Assembly (NCBI GenBank): GCA_030704615.1
Contig: CM060731.1
Location: 24,490,001-24,554,000, forward strand
Direction: 5' to 3'
Source of the DNA: Takakia lepidozioides
Taxonomy: Eukaryota > Plantae > Bryophyta
Length of the DNA: 64,000 nucleotides
In this document: positions 12,056-24,010 of the stretch, piece by piece
Numbering within the stretch: position 1 is the first letter of the stretch
How the letters are laid out: every line of letters starts with the position of its first letter
The notes under the pieces: model-generated
The model's database searches: none
Seen by the model: only the letters and a program-made list of their open reading frames with translations
Told to the model about the DNA's origin: nothing
Translations under genes and position numbers: made by a program

Positions 12056-15000
12056 ATGCCGCCTGAAGGGCGTGGCTCTCCTGAGAGAGACCTCAGATCC
12101 AGACCGCGGCGGAAGTTGAAAGCTCTGTACTACGGACGACGGCCAATCTCTCGCATGGCCAAACTGAAGCTCCAGCAGGAGATTCCAGTGTCTTGCTCAC
12201 AACCTGCGCCAACTGAAGCCGAGTACTCTCAGGCAAGCCACTTCTGCTTTCGGTTTGTTCGATTTCTTTTTTGCTTTCGCTTCGTTACCTCGCTTTGTTT
12301 CTGCATCTTCATCCTGGCTTTGCTTTATGAGTGAACTTTAGATAGTTGACTGAACCTTAGATTGTTTGCAATGCGTGTGCAAATCCGGCAGCTCTGGAGA
12401 AGGCTGCTTGTGCATGTCATTCTTAGGCAATGGTTGCATTTGTTTTCATTGTTGTTGCATGGCTCTCCATACTTCCTAAACTTGTTATGTTTTCATTTTT
12501 GCTACATGATTGCTGCTATGGTGGTTGCGCTGCTGCTTTTTGCACCACTGTTGGTGTTCACGATTTTTGTCAATCACAGAGTGACGACGAGCCCGGCACG
12601 CTGGTGGTATCATCGACAGCTCCAACTCATCGCATGTTTGAATCGCCCAACTTGGGGCGAGAGGGCAAACTTAAATCTTTTGTTGGTGGACGGGAGGACT
12701 TGCAACGAGATTACGATAGAGTAGGCATTGGGGAGGTTGGTGCAGGCGGCATGGCAGGTGAAGGGCGTGAGGACATGAGGACAGCAGATCCGGCAATGGA
12801 GGTTGTTCATGCACATGCAGTAGGGCCCGCCCACGCAAAGAAAAAGAAGAAAGCTAAGCACATGCAATCCCCGGCGAGAGAGCAGTCACGGGCTGCGGAG
12901 GGGGGAGTGAGCAGTGCGCGCGAGGGTGTCAGTTCGCCTCAATCAAAGGTGGTCGTCCTGGAGGGCTCCCCTGTTGCTAGCCCTAGTAAGAAACAGAAAG
13001 CCCGTGAGAGGGCAAAAGAGAGGGCAAAAGAACAGACGAGACAGAATGCTAGCAAGGAGGAAAGACAAAAGGCAGCTGAAGAGGCCCGGGGTGCCCAAAT
13101 GACAGATGCCAATGTAAGCGAGGGACACACAGAGACGGTGGATCCCTACAAGACACCACAGAGAGGCAGTAGCACACCGGTTAGACCATCGCGGGCAAGT
13201 GCAGCCCCCGCAATTACCCATACGGTGGAGAGTGGAGGAGAGGAAAGAACACCTGAAAGAGCACCGATTGTGCAAGTTCGAGGTGAAGCCAGGGAGAGGG
13301 CAGTAGAGACGACGAGAGTGCTGGAGGTGGTTTCGCAGGTGGCTGACCCTGTTGAGGAGGACGACATGGATGTTTCTGACCAGGATGACATTCTCCCGGA
13401 CATCCCCAGGCCCCAAACCCGGAGCATACAGGCTGGATTTGGCGGTCTTGGTGGGCTGCCGGAAAACCCCTCTGCAGCAGACGTCATGTCTGAGGCGGAT
13501 ATGAAGTTGGCCGCTGCCAAGATGTTGGAGGCAACCCACAGCAACATTGGCAGGGTGCTGGGGGGCATGGTGTACCCGGCCAAGCTTCGAATTCCCCTTT
13601 GCCGCTTGGTGTCATTGCAGGTGGTGAGACCTGCCCTCCCAGGCGATATCGACAAGCTGAAATTCTCTTTCCGGGATGGATATCGAATGGGGTCTGCCGC
13701 CTTTTACGTTTCCATTGAGAACGACCACGGAGCTTCCCGTGCCCACACTTCCGATGAGGTGGACAAATGGGGTCCCCATTGGCAAACGCGAAATGAGGAG
13801 TTCGAGAGATCGATTGCTAGTGATCCTCTTTTCCAGCACATGTCCGGTAAGATGTTCTACGTGTGGGACGGCAATCATCGCCTCCTGGCATGGATGGAGC
13901 ACATTGCCCAAGCCCACCCCAACGATCTCGATTGGCATTTCGCCGTCGATTGTGTTGTGCTGAAGGTTGCGGGGCCCAAAGATCGCAGTCTTCTCAAAGC
14001 TGCAATGGCCGACATCAACTCGTAAGCTACAACCCCTCTCGCTTTTGGACTTTGAATTTGGAAGTCATTTCATTGCGAATCCTCATATATGATGAAAATT
14101 CCCATTTCAGTATTGTTTGATGGAAATGTGGCACTGCAGGGTGACTGAGAATGCCTTCATTGCCACCAACTTGTCCCATATGCTCTTCCGAGTGAAGGAT
14201 GTCGGGAGGCAGGGGGTGGAAGAGTTTGCCAATTCCCTCAGTGCCGACCTCCTGCGCAAGTCGGAGGCAAAGGCAGACAGAACCTGGTATAGGCTGAGCG
14301 TCGACGCCATGGTGGACTACATATTTCGGGTAAAGCTCCTGCAGTTTTGTTGAGCTAATTTGTCTCTCCTCCCCCAATAGAAGAAATTGTGTTGAGCAGG
14401 ATCTCTAATCTTATGTGCTGCTTTTCGACAGACGAAAATACAGCAGGATTTGGCACATGCGCGGAGGTTCTACATGGAGTCAGAGGAGAAGAATCCAACC
14501 CTCCCGGAACTCGAATCGTATGTCAAAGCTGCGGAGGTGAGGGCCCGCATAAAGTACAAGTCGCGGATGGTAAAGTACGTGGCCATAGCTGATCCCGCCC
14601 TTGGTGCCGACTTTCTGGTGGAGGTGGGAAAGCACTACTCTCGCGCTCTGAAGCCCACGATGACATTGGAGAAGCTCCATCGTCTAGCCACATCCTGTGT
14701 GGATGCAACAGAAAAGGTGATACATTCTTAACCAAATTGTGGTGGCAACAACTCCTTTTTGTGGTGTTTGGCGCTTACGAATATGCTGGGTGGTTGGACA
14801 GACCCGGTGGCTCCAAATCTGGAATGGTTCCCAAAGTACCAGGGACATGTGGAGCTTCCCCAAACCGGACAAACTCTCTGACCCCACATTCGACATGTGG
14901 ATGAACCGCATGACATGGTGGTTTCAGGTACTTCCCCACGCTTCGTTTGGGGCTTGTACTCTAGTAGGGGGTTGATTCATTGTATTTTTTGAGGAAAGCG

Positions 15001-18000
15001 ATCTGATGGACAATCTCCACAGGTGACGACGAATGCGCAAGAGCAGCTGGACACACAAGCACATCAGTTCAAGATGGAGATATCTCCTGCAGCAGAGAGC
15101 CTGCGTGACTATGTGACGAGGTACTTTCTGCTCTACAAAACCAACCTATTCTTTCGGGAGATAGCAGATGCTCGCCGGAGCCACGAGTTCACCGACCAGC
15201 CGAACGCGGACAAAGCAGCAATGCGCCTTCTGTACAGGTACATACGCGCTGCCTTTCTTTCAAGTCCTGGCATTTCAGGATGTTAGAGGCCTAAGTGGTG
15301 TTAGGGAAAATGGCGCCGAATTTCCAGTCAGGGCTCCGAAAATGGCAAAGTCCCTAGACTGGCTGGCCCGGAACTGGAAATTCGGCGCCATTTTCCAGTT
15401 CCAGGCCCTATTGCCGTTCAGGGACTTAGCCATTTTCGGTCTAAGTCCCTAGGGTGGCTGGCCCGGAACTGGAAATTCGGCGCCGTATTCCAGTTCTAGG
15501 CCCTATTGCCGTCCAGGGACTTAGCCATTTTCCGGCTAAGTCCCTAGACTGGCTGGCCCTGAAGTGGAAATTCGGCGCCATATTCCAGTTCCAGGCCCTA
15601 TTGCCGTCCAGGGACTTAGCCATTTTAGGTCTAAGTCCCTAGGGTGGCTGGCCCGGAACTGGAAATTCGGCGCCGTATTCCAGTTCTAGGCCCTATTGCC
15701 GTCCAGGGACTTAGCCATTTTCGGGCAAGTCCCTAGACTGGCTGGCCCTGAAGTGGAAATTCGGCGCCATATTCCAGTTCCAGGCCCTATTGCCGTCCAG
15801 GGACTTAGCCATTTTCGGTCTAAGTCCCTAGGGTGGCTGGCCCGGAACTGGAAATTCGGCGCCGTATTCCAGTTCTAGGCCCTATTGCCGTCCAGGGACT
15901 TAGCCATTTTCGGGCCAAGTCCCTAGACTGGCTGGCCCTGAAGTGGAAATTCGGCGCCATATTCCAGTTCCAGGCCCTATTGCCGTCCAGGGACTTAGCC
16001 ATTTTCGGTCTAAGTCCCTAGGGTGGCTGGCCCGGAACTGGAAATTCGGCGCCGTATTCCAGTTCTAGGCCCTATTGCCGTCCAGGGACTTAGCCATTTT
16101 TTGTGTAAGTCCCTAGGGTGGCTGGCCCGGAAGTGGAAATTCGGCGCCGTTTTCCAGTTCCAGGCCGTATTGCCGTCCAGGGACTTAGCCATTTTCGGGC
16201 TAAGTCCCTACACTGGGTGGCCCTGAAGTGGAAATTCGGCGCCATATTCCAGTTGTAGGCCCTATTGCCGTTCAGGGAGTTAGCCATTTTCGGACCTCAT
16301 TGGGTTTTTCATGAATGCAGGTACTGTAAGTTCTCGCTTTTGGAGAAAGGTCATCTGTCTTTCGAGCCACCATTCTTCCTGGCATGGAGGAACCCTGGGG
16401 CTGACTCCATGTACACTGACGATATTGTGAAGGAGTGGCATCTGGAACATTTGCGTGATTGCCCTTGGTATGTGGACCTTCCGCCCGGCTCGCTCGACCC
16501 ATCCGAGTTTCAATTGAAGCTGGATGCTGAATTCCGACGAAACCGGGCTCCGCTGCCTCCGTTGGGTGCAAAAGAGGCAAAAGCGCTTGCGAACTCCAGG
16601 AAAGCGGCAGAGCTTGCTCAGGCAGGAATTCAAGAGAAATTGCATGAGAAGAGTAAAGGTCAAAGGAAAAGGACAAGGAAACAGGTGACTGCAGTAACAC
16701 CCAAAAAGAAGAAAACCATCGGGGCATCGGAGGAGGCGCAGGAGGGGACCCAAGAGAGTGACTCCGACGCCGATTTTGTTCAAGGTCCTGCGACTGCTGT
16801 TGCTCCTACCCAGTCACCGGTCGTCCGGGTTCCCAAGTCAGTTCGGAGTGGGACTGGCTCTGCCAAGAAGTTGGCATTTGAGGGCGAGCCTACACGGCGG
16901 TATTCGGCGGTGACGTTTACGCACAGGCCAAAGCTAGAACCTCCAACCATCATCCAATGCGTCAATGAGAGCTTCCTTGACGCTCTCGCTGCCAGGGCGA
17001 AGAAGGTGGCACACAACAAGTCTCTGGCGGAGCAGAAGGGAAAAGCCAAGAAGAGGGCTGCCGGTACAGAGCCTAAAGACACCCCTGGTTTTGAAGCCAT
17101 GATGGAATTCTTCACGGCTGTGAGCACGAATTGCAAGAGCACTCGGGGGGGGTTGAGGTGGAGAGAGCTTGCGACATGATTCTCCTCGACATTCCAGATG
17201 GGGAGCTGCTGGAGGGCCTGGATGGTGTGCCCACCTGGAACAGGTTTACTGAGGACTACTGGAAAGCCGGGTTTGGGCTGGCGGGGATGCTTCTGGATGA
17301 CGGTGGATGTGTGGTTGTCCTTGCCACGAGAGGGAAGACCACAGAGAATGCGGTGGCAAGGTGGACACCGAAAAGTGTCACCCCGGTCCTCCTCAGAAAA
17401 TGGTTCTGCATCAGTACGCAGGGGTTGCGAACAGAGGGCCAAAGTGTAAGTTATCAATCTATTGCATTCACTTCATATTGTGGTGTATGTTAAGTAGACC
17501 CTGGAATTGATCCCTTCTTTGTTGGATGTGCAGACATTGGTGTTTGAGGCATATTGCTTTGTGAAGAGAGGGTCTACGTTCAAATTCCGCAACGACGGTC
17601 GTCTTGTTGATGCCGCTGTGGACCCTGTAACCTACGATGTCCTCTACAACTATGTGCCCCACTCTAGTATGCCGAAGGACACAAAGACAGGCAAACCGTG
17701 GCGGTACAGCCGGACCCGAAGCCCTGCTTTCATCCAAACCCTCATGGAGACGTGCTCGGATGTCCAAGGGCGGATTCTGGACCTCACATGCGGCACGGGT
17801 AAGCCTTCACGTGCTCAGTTTGTCCCCTGGCCCCATTGCAATTGCATGCCGCAAGCTATTAACCGCCCGCTTTGTTCCTCAGGTGCTTCAATGTGGGCAG
17901 GGACGTTGTCCGACAGGCATGTGTTCGCCTTCGAGCCAGATACTGCCCTCCACAACTCGGAACTTGCAGCGGCTGAACGTCTGCCGAAAGAGGAAGAGGC

Positions 18001-18670
18001 ATCCTCGGAGGATGAGGAAAAATCCGAGAAGGAGCAGGGGGAGGAAGTTGGGATCGAGGCCGAGGAGCCCCCGGTTTACGAGTGAGTGGTGGCATTGTAA
18101 GTTGCCTCCAGATTTTGTGAGGCACCTCCCTCCGCTCTCTTATTTCATTGAAAACCCTTTCTGGTTGTGCTGGTATTGACATTCTTCAAGTGGATTTGTT
18201 CTTACTGTAGGATGCCAAGTACTGCCGGAGGGACGTCTACACCGGAGTTCATGGGCAGGAGGAACGTGCCTTTTTTTGCCAGGGGAGATTTCATGCCTAG
18301 TCCAGAAAGGGAGTACATCCTGCCTACTTATGCTGCCCGGCTTGCTTCGGTGTCCATTAGGAGGTGTTCCGAACGTAGTCGTGTACAGCAGATTTTAGAC
18401 GAGGCAAGCCTAAAGAAAATGAAGATGAGGGAGGAGGCAGCAGCTATTAGAGCCCGTCGGGCTCGTAGATTTGTGTTGGATTCTGCTGAGGAAAGTGGGG
18501 GAGAAGACGCAGAAGATTCCCAGGAGGTGAGGTGGACAGTCCCCCAAGGAGAGGACGGGATTTTTGAGAGGCATAGTGGAACTGATGCATCACAGAGCTC
18601 GGAGGATGAGGGGGATGAGGGGGATGAGGAAGAAGGTGGGGCAAGTTCCTCGGAGGGTGTAGGAGAGTAG
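12056..18670 (+). CDS. Element A multi-exon gene: low-complexity N-terminus, ParB/Srx-like domain, helical region, beta-class N6/N4 DNA-MTase-like domain, acidic tail
   Basis: Inferred exons about 12580-14021, 14139-14328, 14432-14715, 14802-14927, 15023-15237, 16321-17445, 17534-17798, 17883-18081, 18211-18670, with GT-AG boundaries. IPLCRLV..VRPAL..DIDKL..FYVWDGNHRLLAW (13867). CDMILLDIPDG..WN..LLDDGGCVVV (17170). RSPAFIQTLMETCS..ILDLTCGTG..RHVFAFE. One frameshift in a G8 run at 17145-17152. The start codon is uncertain. Confidence 0.85.
15306..16292. repeat. Intronic tandem array, 95-bp unit x ~10 (alternating subtypes), each unit with GGAAATTCGGCGCC and GGGACTTAGCCA
   Basis: GGCGCC at 15384, 15479, 15574 and onward, inside intron 15238-16320 of the ParB-MTase gene. 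Confidence 0.95.
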
Positions 18671-18906
18671 TGCCCATTCCGGCTATGACAGTTAGAACAC
18701 ACTTGTATAGACGTGGCTTGCCACAAAATTTGCAATAAAATGTTGCATTTTAAGTCCACTGGTGCCACATTCCAACTTCACATGACCCTATTTCCGTGCC
18801 TCCTAACCCTATTTCCGTGGACTCACAATGGTCTGCTCATGCTTTTTTTTTTTCCGCTCATGCTCATGCCGCTCATGCTCATGCCGCTCATGAAATAGCA
18901 GCCCCC

Positions 18907-21900
18907 CTCCAAGGCGTTCCATTTGGTTTTCGCAAACATAGGTTGGAGTCCACATAGTTGTAGTGCATGTCATCGACGACAGGATCGAACCTCTCGTTTA
19001 TTAAACATCCTCCCCCATGAAGCTCGAACTCCACCACTGTGGTGGGAGTCGACAGTGGATGTACCCTCATGAGACAGACGGCCTCAAATAGACGGGTCTG
19101 CAATGAAGAGGTCAATAATTAGTGAGGAATGTTTCATAGCACATCTGGGTGGGAGTGCAGACCCATTCCGGATGGAACGGGTTCAGAGTCATTGCTCATG
19201 CACTGCCAAAACTGAGTGCGCTGAAGCACTCAATTCAGGCAGTGCGAACAACAGGACTTCATAACAGTCAATACAGTGGAACTTCAACAGAGAAGGCATA
19301 AAAATAAAGTATTTGAAACGTACCTTCTGCCCTGGGCAATCCCCCTTCGTCAAATATAGGCTGTTGACACAATTCCAGGTCTTGATAATCTGCATCCCCG
19401 ACGCTTTCAAGTAGCTTGCCAGTTCCCGGCGACATCTCATCATGACAGATTGTATGATAACAAGAACCCCTGCATCGGAAAGGAAAAACTTGCAAAAGGA
19501 AAACACCCAACTCCAATACCTCTCATCAAATTTGTTCCATGTTGGGCAGGTGTCACTGGGCAGAATATCCGGGACTGGATGCCCGTCCGGAATGTCCACA
19601 ATAACCATCTCCGAAGCAAACGGTTTCAGTGCACCATTCACCCAAGATTCCTTTCCCCTCCATGCCTGCAAGCAATATAGCGTGTAAGAAGGGAAAGATG
19701 TTTTATAAGCGACCTTTCTGATCCGAGCAAAAATAAAACAAAGAAAACAAAACTCAAACACATGCATGATAATTGCTTACCGATTGGAGAAAAGCACAGA
19801 GCTTGTCCCACGTTTTGGAAGGATCACCACTGTAACTTCACTTCCTTGTCTCCATCATGGCTAGGAACCCGTCGTTTACCAGCTCGCACATGCCTAGAAA
19901 AATGCTTCTAGATGGGTGCTCCATTGCATCGTAGGGCTCTTTAAGACCCTTTTTCTTTCGGTCAGGCTTTCTGGCTGGGGGTGGGGTCTGCAGTGGCCCC
20001 GGTTGCACCACGGACTCCATCTCATTCTCATTCGGAGTGTTTTTCTGCCCCTTTACCTTCCCTTTCCCCTTGTCCTTTCTAGGCTTGACTGGCGTATTTT
20101 ATGCAAAAGGCTCTTTCTCAGCCAATATCCTCAAGTTTCTCTCGTGCAACTCCTTGTCCGTCAGAGGGGCCAAGGCCTCTGCATTGTCATTTTGATTTCG
20201 GGTCACAAGCTCAGACCAAGGGCATCCAGACCGTGGGATATTTATATACCAGCAGCAGTCTCGAAGATTCGAGGTCCCGTAATCCTTCAAAATCCCTGCA
20301 GTGTACATTGTCTGAGCGTTGGATGGATCACACCATAGGTCAATAAAGTGCGGGTGTCGACTCAGGTTCTGGCCTGGAATGAGAACGTTTTTGATGTACC
20401 TACACAATCAAAACAAAGGGAATATTAGTGAGTGGGGAAAGTGTGAGATAATTGTTTAAGGACCCCTTGACTGAGTGCGCCAGCACACTCAATTTTTGGT
20501 TTGTCCAATCAGGCCCTACTTACAAGCCAGGGTAGGTGTGGTTCAGTACAGGATCGGATATTCATATGTACAATGAGAGCTTGGGAGACACAGAAGTCCC
20601 CACCCCTTTACTGAGTGCGTCAGCGCACACAGTTTTGGGACTGTTTATTCAAAAGAGCAGGGTTGCAACGAAATCGAAACTTCGTGAGAAAGGAAAGAAG
20701 GGTGGGAAAAGAGTGTCAAGACAAACCTGTATAGAACCCTCTTCATGGCCTGTTCTGATCCATGCTGCTGCTCGAAGTCGTTAGTGCGCGAGATGCCTCC
20801 CTCTTTGGCGAACTCCCTGAAGAAGCAAGTGCCGAAGCAAGCTGCTTTCCACTGGCGGACGTAGTCTTCTAGAGTATCCGTCGGTGGAGTCATAGTTATC
20901 TTGTAATCGTTCAGCTGTTTCTCCAGCACCAGCTGTGCCCGAGCCTCAATCTGCGCAAGAACAGTTCTACAATTCAGAGAAAAAATGTTTAAGAAGAGTA
21001 AGTGACTTTTCCCGGTGCAATGCAGATTTGCAGTGGAAATGGAAAGGGGAGAGGAAAAAACCTATGCCCAGTACGTGGCTTTGTGCAGCCACATATTGAG
21101 AACATGGTCACTGAATTTTATGACTCCTGTTTCCTTGTTCTTTTCACTCTTTGGAAAGCAGTGGTTATCTTTCACTGTGGGGTCGGCGTTCCAAATCTCA
21201 AGCCATTTCACTTTCACCTCTGGCTCCACAACGGCAGTGGACAGGCGATGAAGCTTCTCCTGCATCATTTCAGGCTTGGTGTTCAAGTTCCAGTGGATCC
21301 TGACCTGATTCAAAAACTCCGGGCCAAAAGCAGGGTCGGCTATTCTGAGTTGTTTCACGAACGCGCTCAAGTAGTGCCTCTTCGCCACCTCCATCTCCTT
21401 GTTCATAGATTCTTCCACTCCTTTTGAGGATCGCTCCCCTGGGTCTTTTTTGGCATAGTACTCTGCTTTCCCTATCTCTCCAGCCTCCGCAATCTCTTGC
21501 TGAACATTCCAGTATACAACTTATTAGTCAACTGGTTTTATGAATGAACAAGTAGACAGAGCTAGTGAAGGAATACTTACAGCGTACATGTAGTCACAAA
21601 AAGCCGCCCTGGTGAGCTTGTACCATGTGTCGGCGGATTTGGAGGTCTCGCACTTCTTGTAAGCCTCAGCACTGATAAGGTTTTTGAAGGTGACCAGTGG
21701 CATTTGGCCCACCTTCTGTATCCTGAATAGAGTGTGGACCAAATTTGTCGTCACGTGTGCACTTTTGGTTCCCCTGCAGTCCCAACAAACACTATGACTT
21801 CCTCCTTCACCAGGAAATACAAAACTGACAGAACAAATTGGAGAATTCTGTTGGCATGAAGGGTGAGCATTATACTGACTTGTTGATGTCATGCATAGCC

Positions 21901-24010
21901 GTAAGAAGTGCTGTGACGTTTCCTTTTGGATCCAGCACCATGGACGCCACAAGGTAGTGCCAGTCCTCGTCTGTGCTGTGATATTTGTTTATGACGTTCA
22001 TCCAGGCCATGAAGCGGTGATTGCCATCCCAAATATGAAACATTTTCCTGGAGAACACCTGTGTGGACATTCTCCTCGAAATCTGGGCTTCGAACTCCTC
22101 GTTTACTTCTCGCCATATTGGATCCCAGCTTTTGACAATTGACTCGTCCACCAAGACCTCCTGTCCACTAGCATCCAACAAGGAGACGTAAAACACTGGA
22201 GACCCCTCTATGTATCCATGACTAAAATCTTGCTCCAACTTGGACACATCCCCAGTCAGGGCAGGTCGAACGATTGGCATTGATATTAGGCGGCAGAGAG
22301 GGATCATGATCTTGCCTCCAAGTACCAGCATAGACTTGATCACCTGTGCGGAATTGACCTTCTGGTACATAAGGACCTTTGCCGCTCTTTCTTCGTAGAA
22401 AGGATCGTCTTCTTCAACAAGCTTCTTAGTCACTTCTTCCTGCTGTTGCTGCTGCTTCTCAGGCTGCAATCCTTTTCTTTTCCTCCCCTGCACCTCCCAC
22501 AATTACAGCCTTTCCGTCATTCCACAGTTACATTTTCCTGATCTTGCACCTACAAAAATTGAGTGCGGTGGCGCACTCACTTTCGAGACTGACAAAGGAT
22601 CGGAACAGACAAACATCAGTTCTCCAAAACTACACACATAACCCTCATTTCCTATCAACCGGAATTGAGTGCGGTGGCGCACTCATTTTTGGACACCTTC
22701 CATGACATCTATGAAATCATGCTCATCGCAGGCACTCCATCTCTACTCAGTCAATGGTTCCTTTGTCACTTCCTCTTCCACATTGTGTACTTCATTCTAC
22801 AGGCAGAAACTAAGGCAGAATCTTCTAGAGGCAAAAACTGAGGCAGAATCTTCATTCTAGAGGCAAAAACTTTGTAGTTCATCTCAAATCAACCATCTAC
22901 AGGTGCTCAAAAAACTGAGTGCGGTGGCGCACTCATTTCTGGGAGCCCTCCACTCTGTCTTGCTTTCTCTTGCGAGCACACCTGGGTCGTTACCTCTGTC
23001 CATGAAGATGGTCGACCTCACCTCAGAATTGAGTGCGCCACCGCACTCAGTTTCAAGGTTATCATTTTTGTCTATCTGAAAACTCAAAAGAGATCTCACT
23101 TTGAATGAAACACACCTTCTAACTTTTGTTTCACCTCTGTCATAAGCAAATTGACCATTCTATGGTGATCCGAAACTGAGTGCAGTGGCGCACTCAGTTT
23201 GGGAGCCATCCATTATGTTTGCCTACTTCTGTTTTGAGTTCATTGGGCTCTTCACGTCTGTCCAAAAACATTGTCGATCACACCTCGGAACTGTGTGCGC
23301 CAACGCACTCAGTTTCCAGGTTAGACATAATGTCATTCTCAGAACTCATAAGAGATCTCACTTTGGAATAATCGCACTTTCTATCTATTGTTTACCTCAG
23401 TCAATAGCAACTCAATGATTCCATGGAGCTCAGAAATTGAGTGCGGTGGCGCACTCAGTTCAGGGTGACCACTCTAGTGTCTCACGGACCTAAACTGTGA
23501 ACATCACCTTCCTCTTTCCCTAATGCCCAAGTGATCGGCAAGCATCCAGTTGAAATGAGTGCGCCACCGCACTCAGTTTCTTCGTGTCCCTCTCAGGCTT
23601 CCGTTTCAGATCCTGCTGCCTCTAAGACTTAGTTATTCACCTCGGCCTACAATGGAAGTGATAGAGCTCCCCTCAAAACTGAGTGCGGTGTCGCACCCAG
23701 TTTTCAGGGGATCTCTCGTATCCTATCTATGCACTTGGTACGACAGTCAAGCGAGATTCATGCAGTTTATTACCCTGGGTTTCATGACCCCACTTCCCGA
23801 TGCCTTTTCTTGCTGCGTCCTCACAACTTCCTTTGGTGTCGCTTCTTTCTCACCGACGGTGGTGGTGTTGATGTCCATGTCATGCACAATGGTCTCCGGG
23901 GCAGTCTCCTCGCCTTCCATTCTTCCCTCCATTTCAAGCTAGACCGGCTCTGTGATCTGTTGTGATTCGTGGGTTGACGTATCCTGTGCAACCTGCTCAT
24001 CAGCGTTTTG
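18907..24010 (-). pseudogene. Element B ParB-MTase gene (5' and middle exons)
   Basis: IMIPLCRLISMPIVRPALTGDVSKL..MFHIWDGNHRFMAW (22014-22028); SEMVIVDIPDG..TWNKF..FLSDAGVLVI (19582-19596). Several intron positions match element A, e.g. after DINK/DINS and after YMYA/YIFR. The 5' limit is approximate. Confidence 0.85.
22560..23699. repeat. Cluster of nine TGAGTGCG-N4-CGCACTCA palindromes (element B specific)
   Basis: Starts at 22560, 22666, 22916, 23030, 23177, 23292, 23438, 23556 and 23680. Further copies at 19213, 20472, 20612 and 28327. Confidence 0.9.

Larger units (their letters stand above)
2128..18906. mobile_element. Element A: nearly intact Mutator-like DNA transposon carrying a ParB-MTase gene
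   Basis: TIRs GAGGTTTGCTATTTCATGAGC (2128-2148) and GCTCATGAAATAGCAGCCCCC (18886-18906) with internal GGCATGAGC repeats. Perfect 8-bp TSD CTCCAAGG (2120-2127, 18907-18914). Removing the element restores the host reading frame. Confidence 0.93.

Noticed and set aside
12056-18670. Bacterial or phage contamination suggested by the ParB-MTase
   Set aside because: The gene has conserved spliceosomal introns and lies within a TIR/TSD-bounded element nested among plant-type TEs.
2128-18906. hAT or Zisupton/KDZ assignment from the 8-bp TSD and SWIM finger
   Set aside because: The catalytic core shows MULE signatures (FMAD..A..A..CxxH; N.AES).
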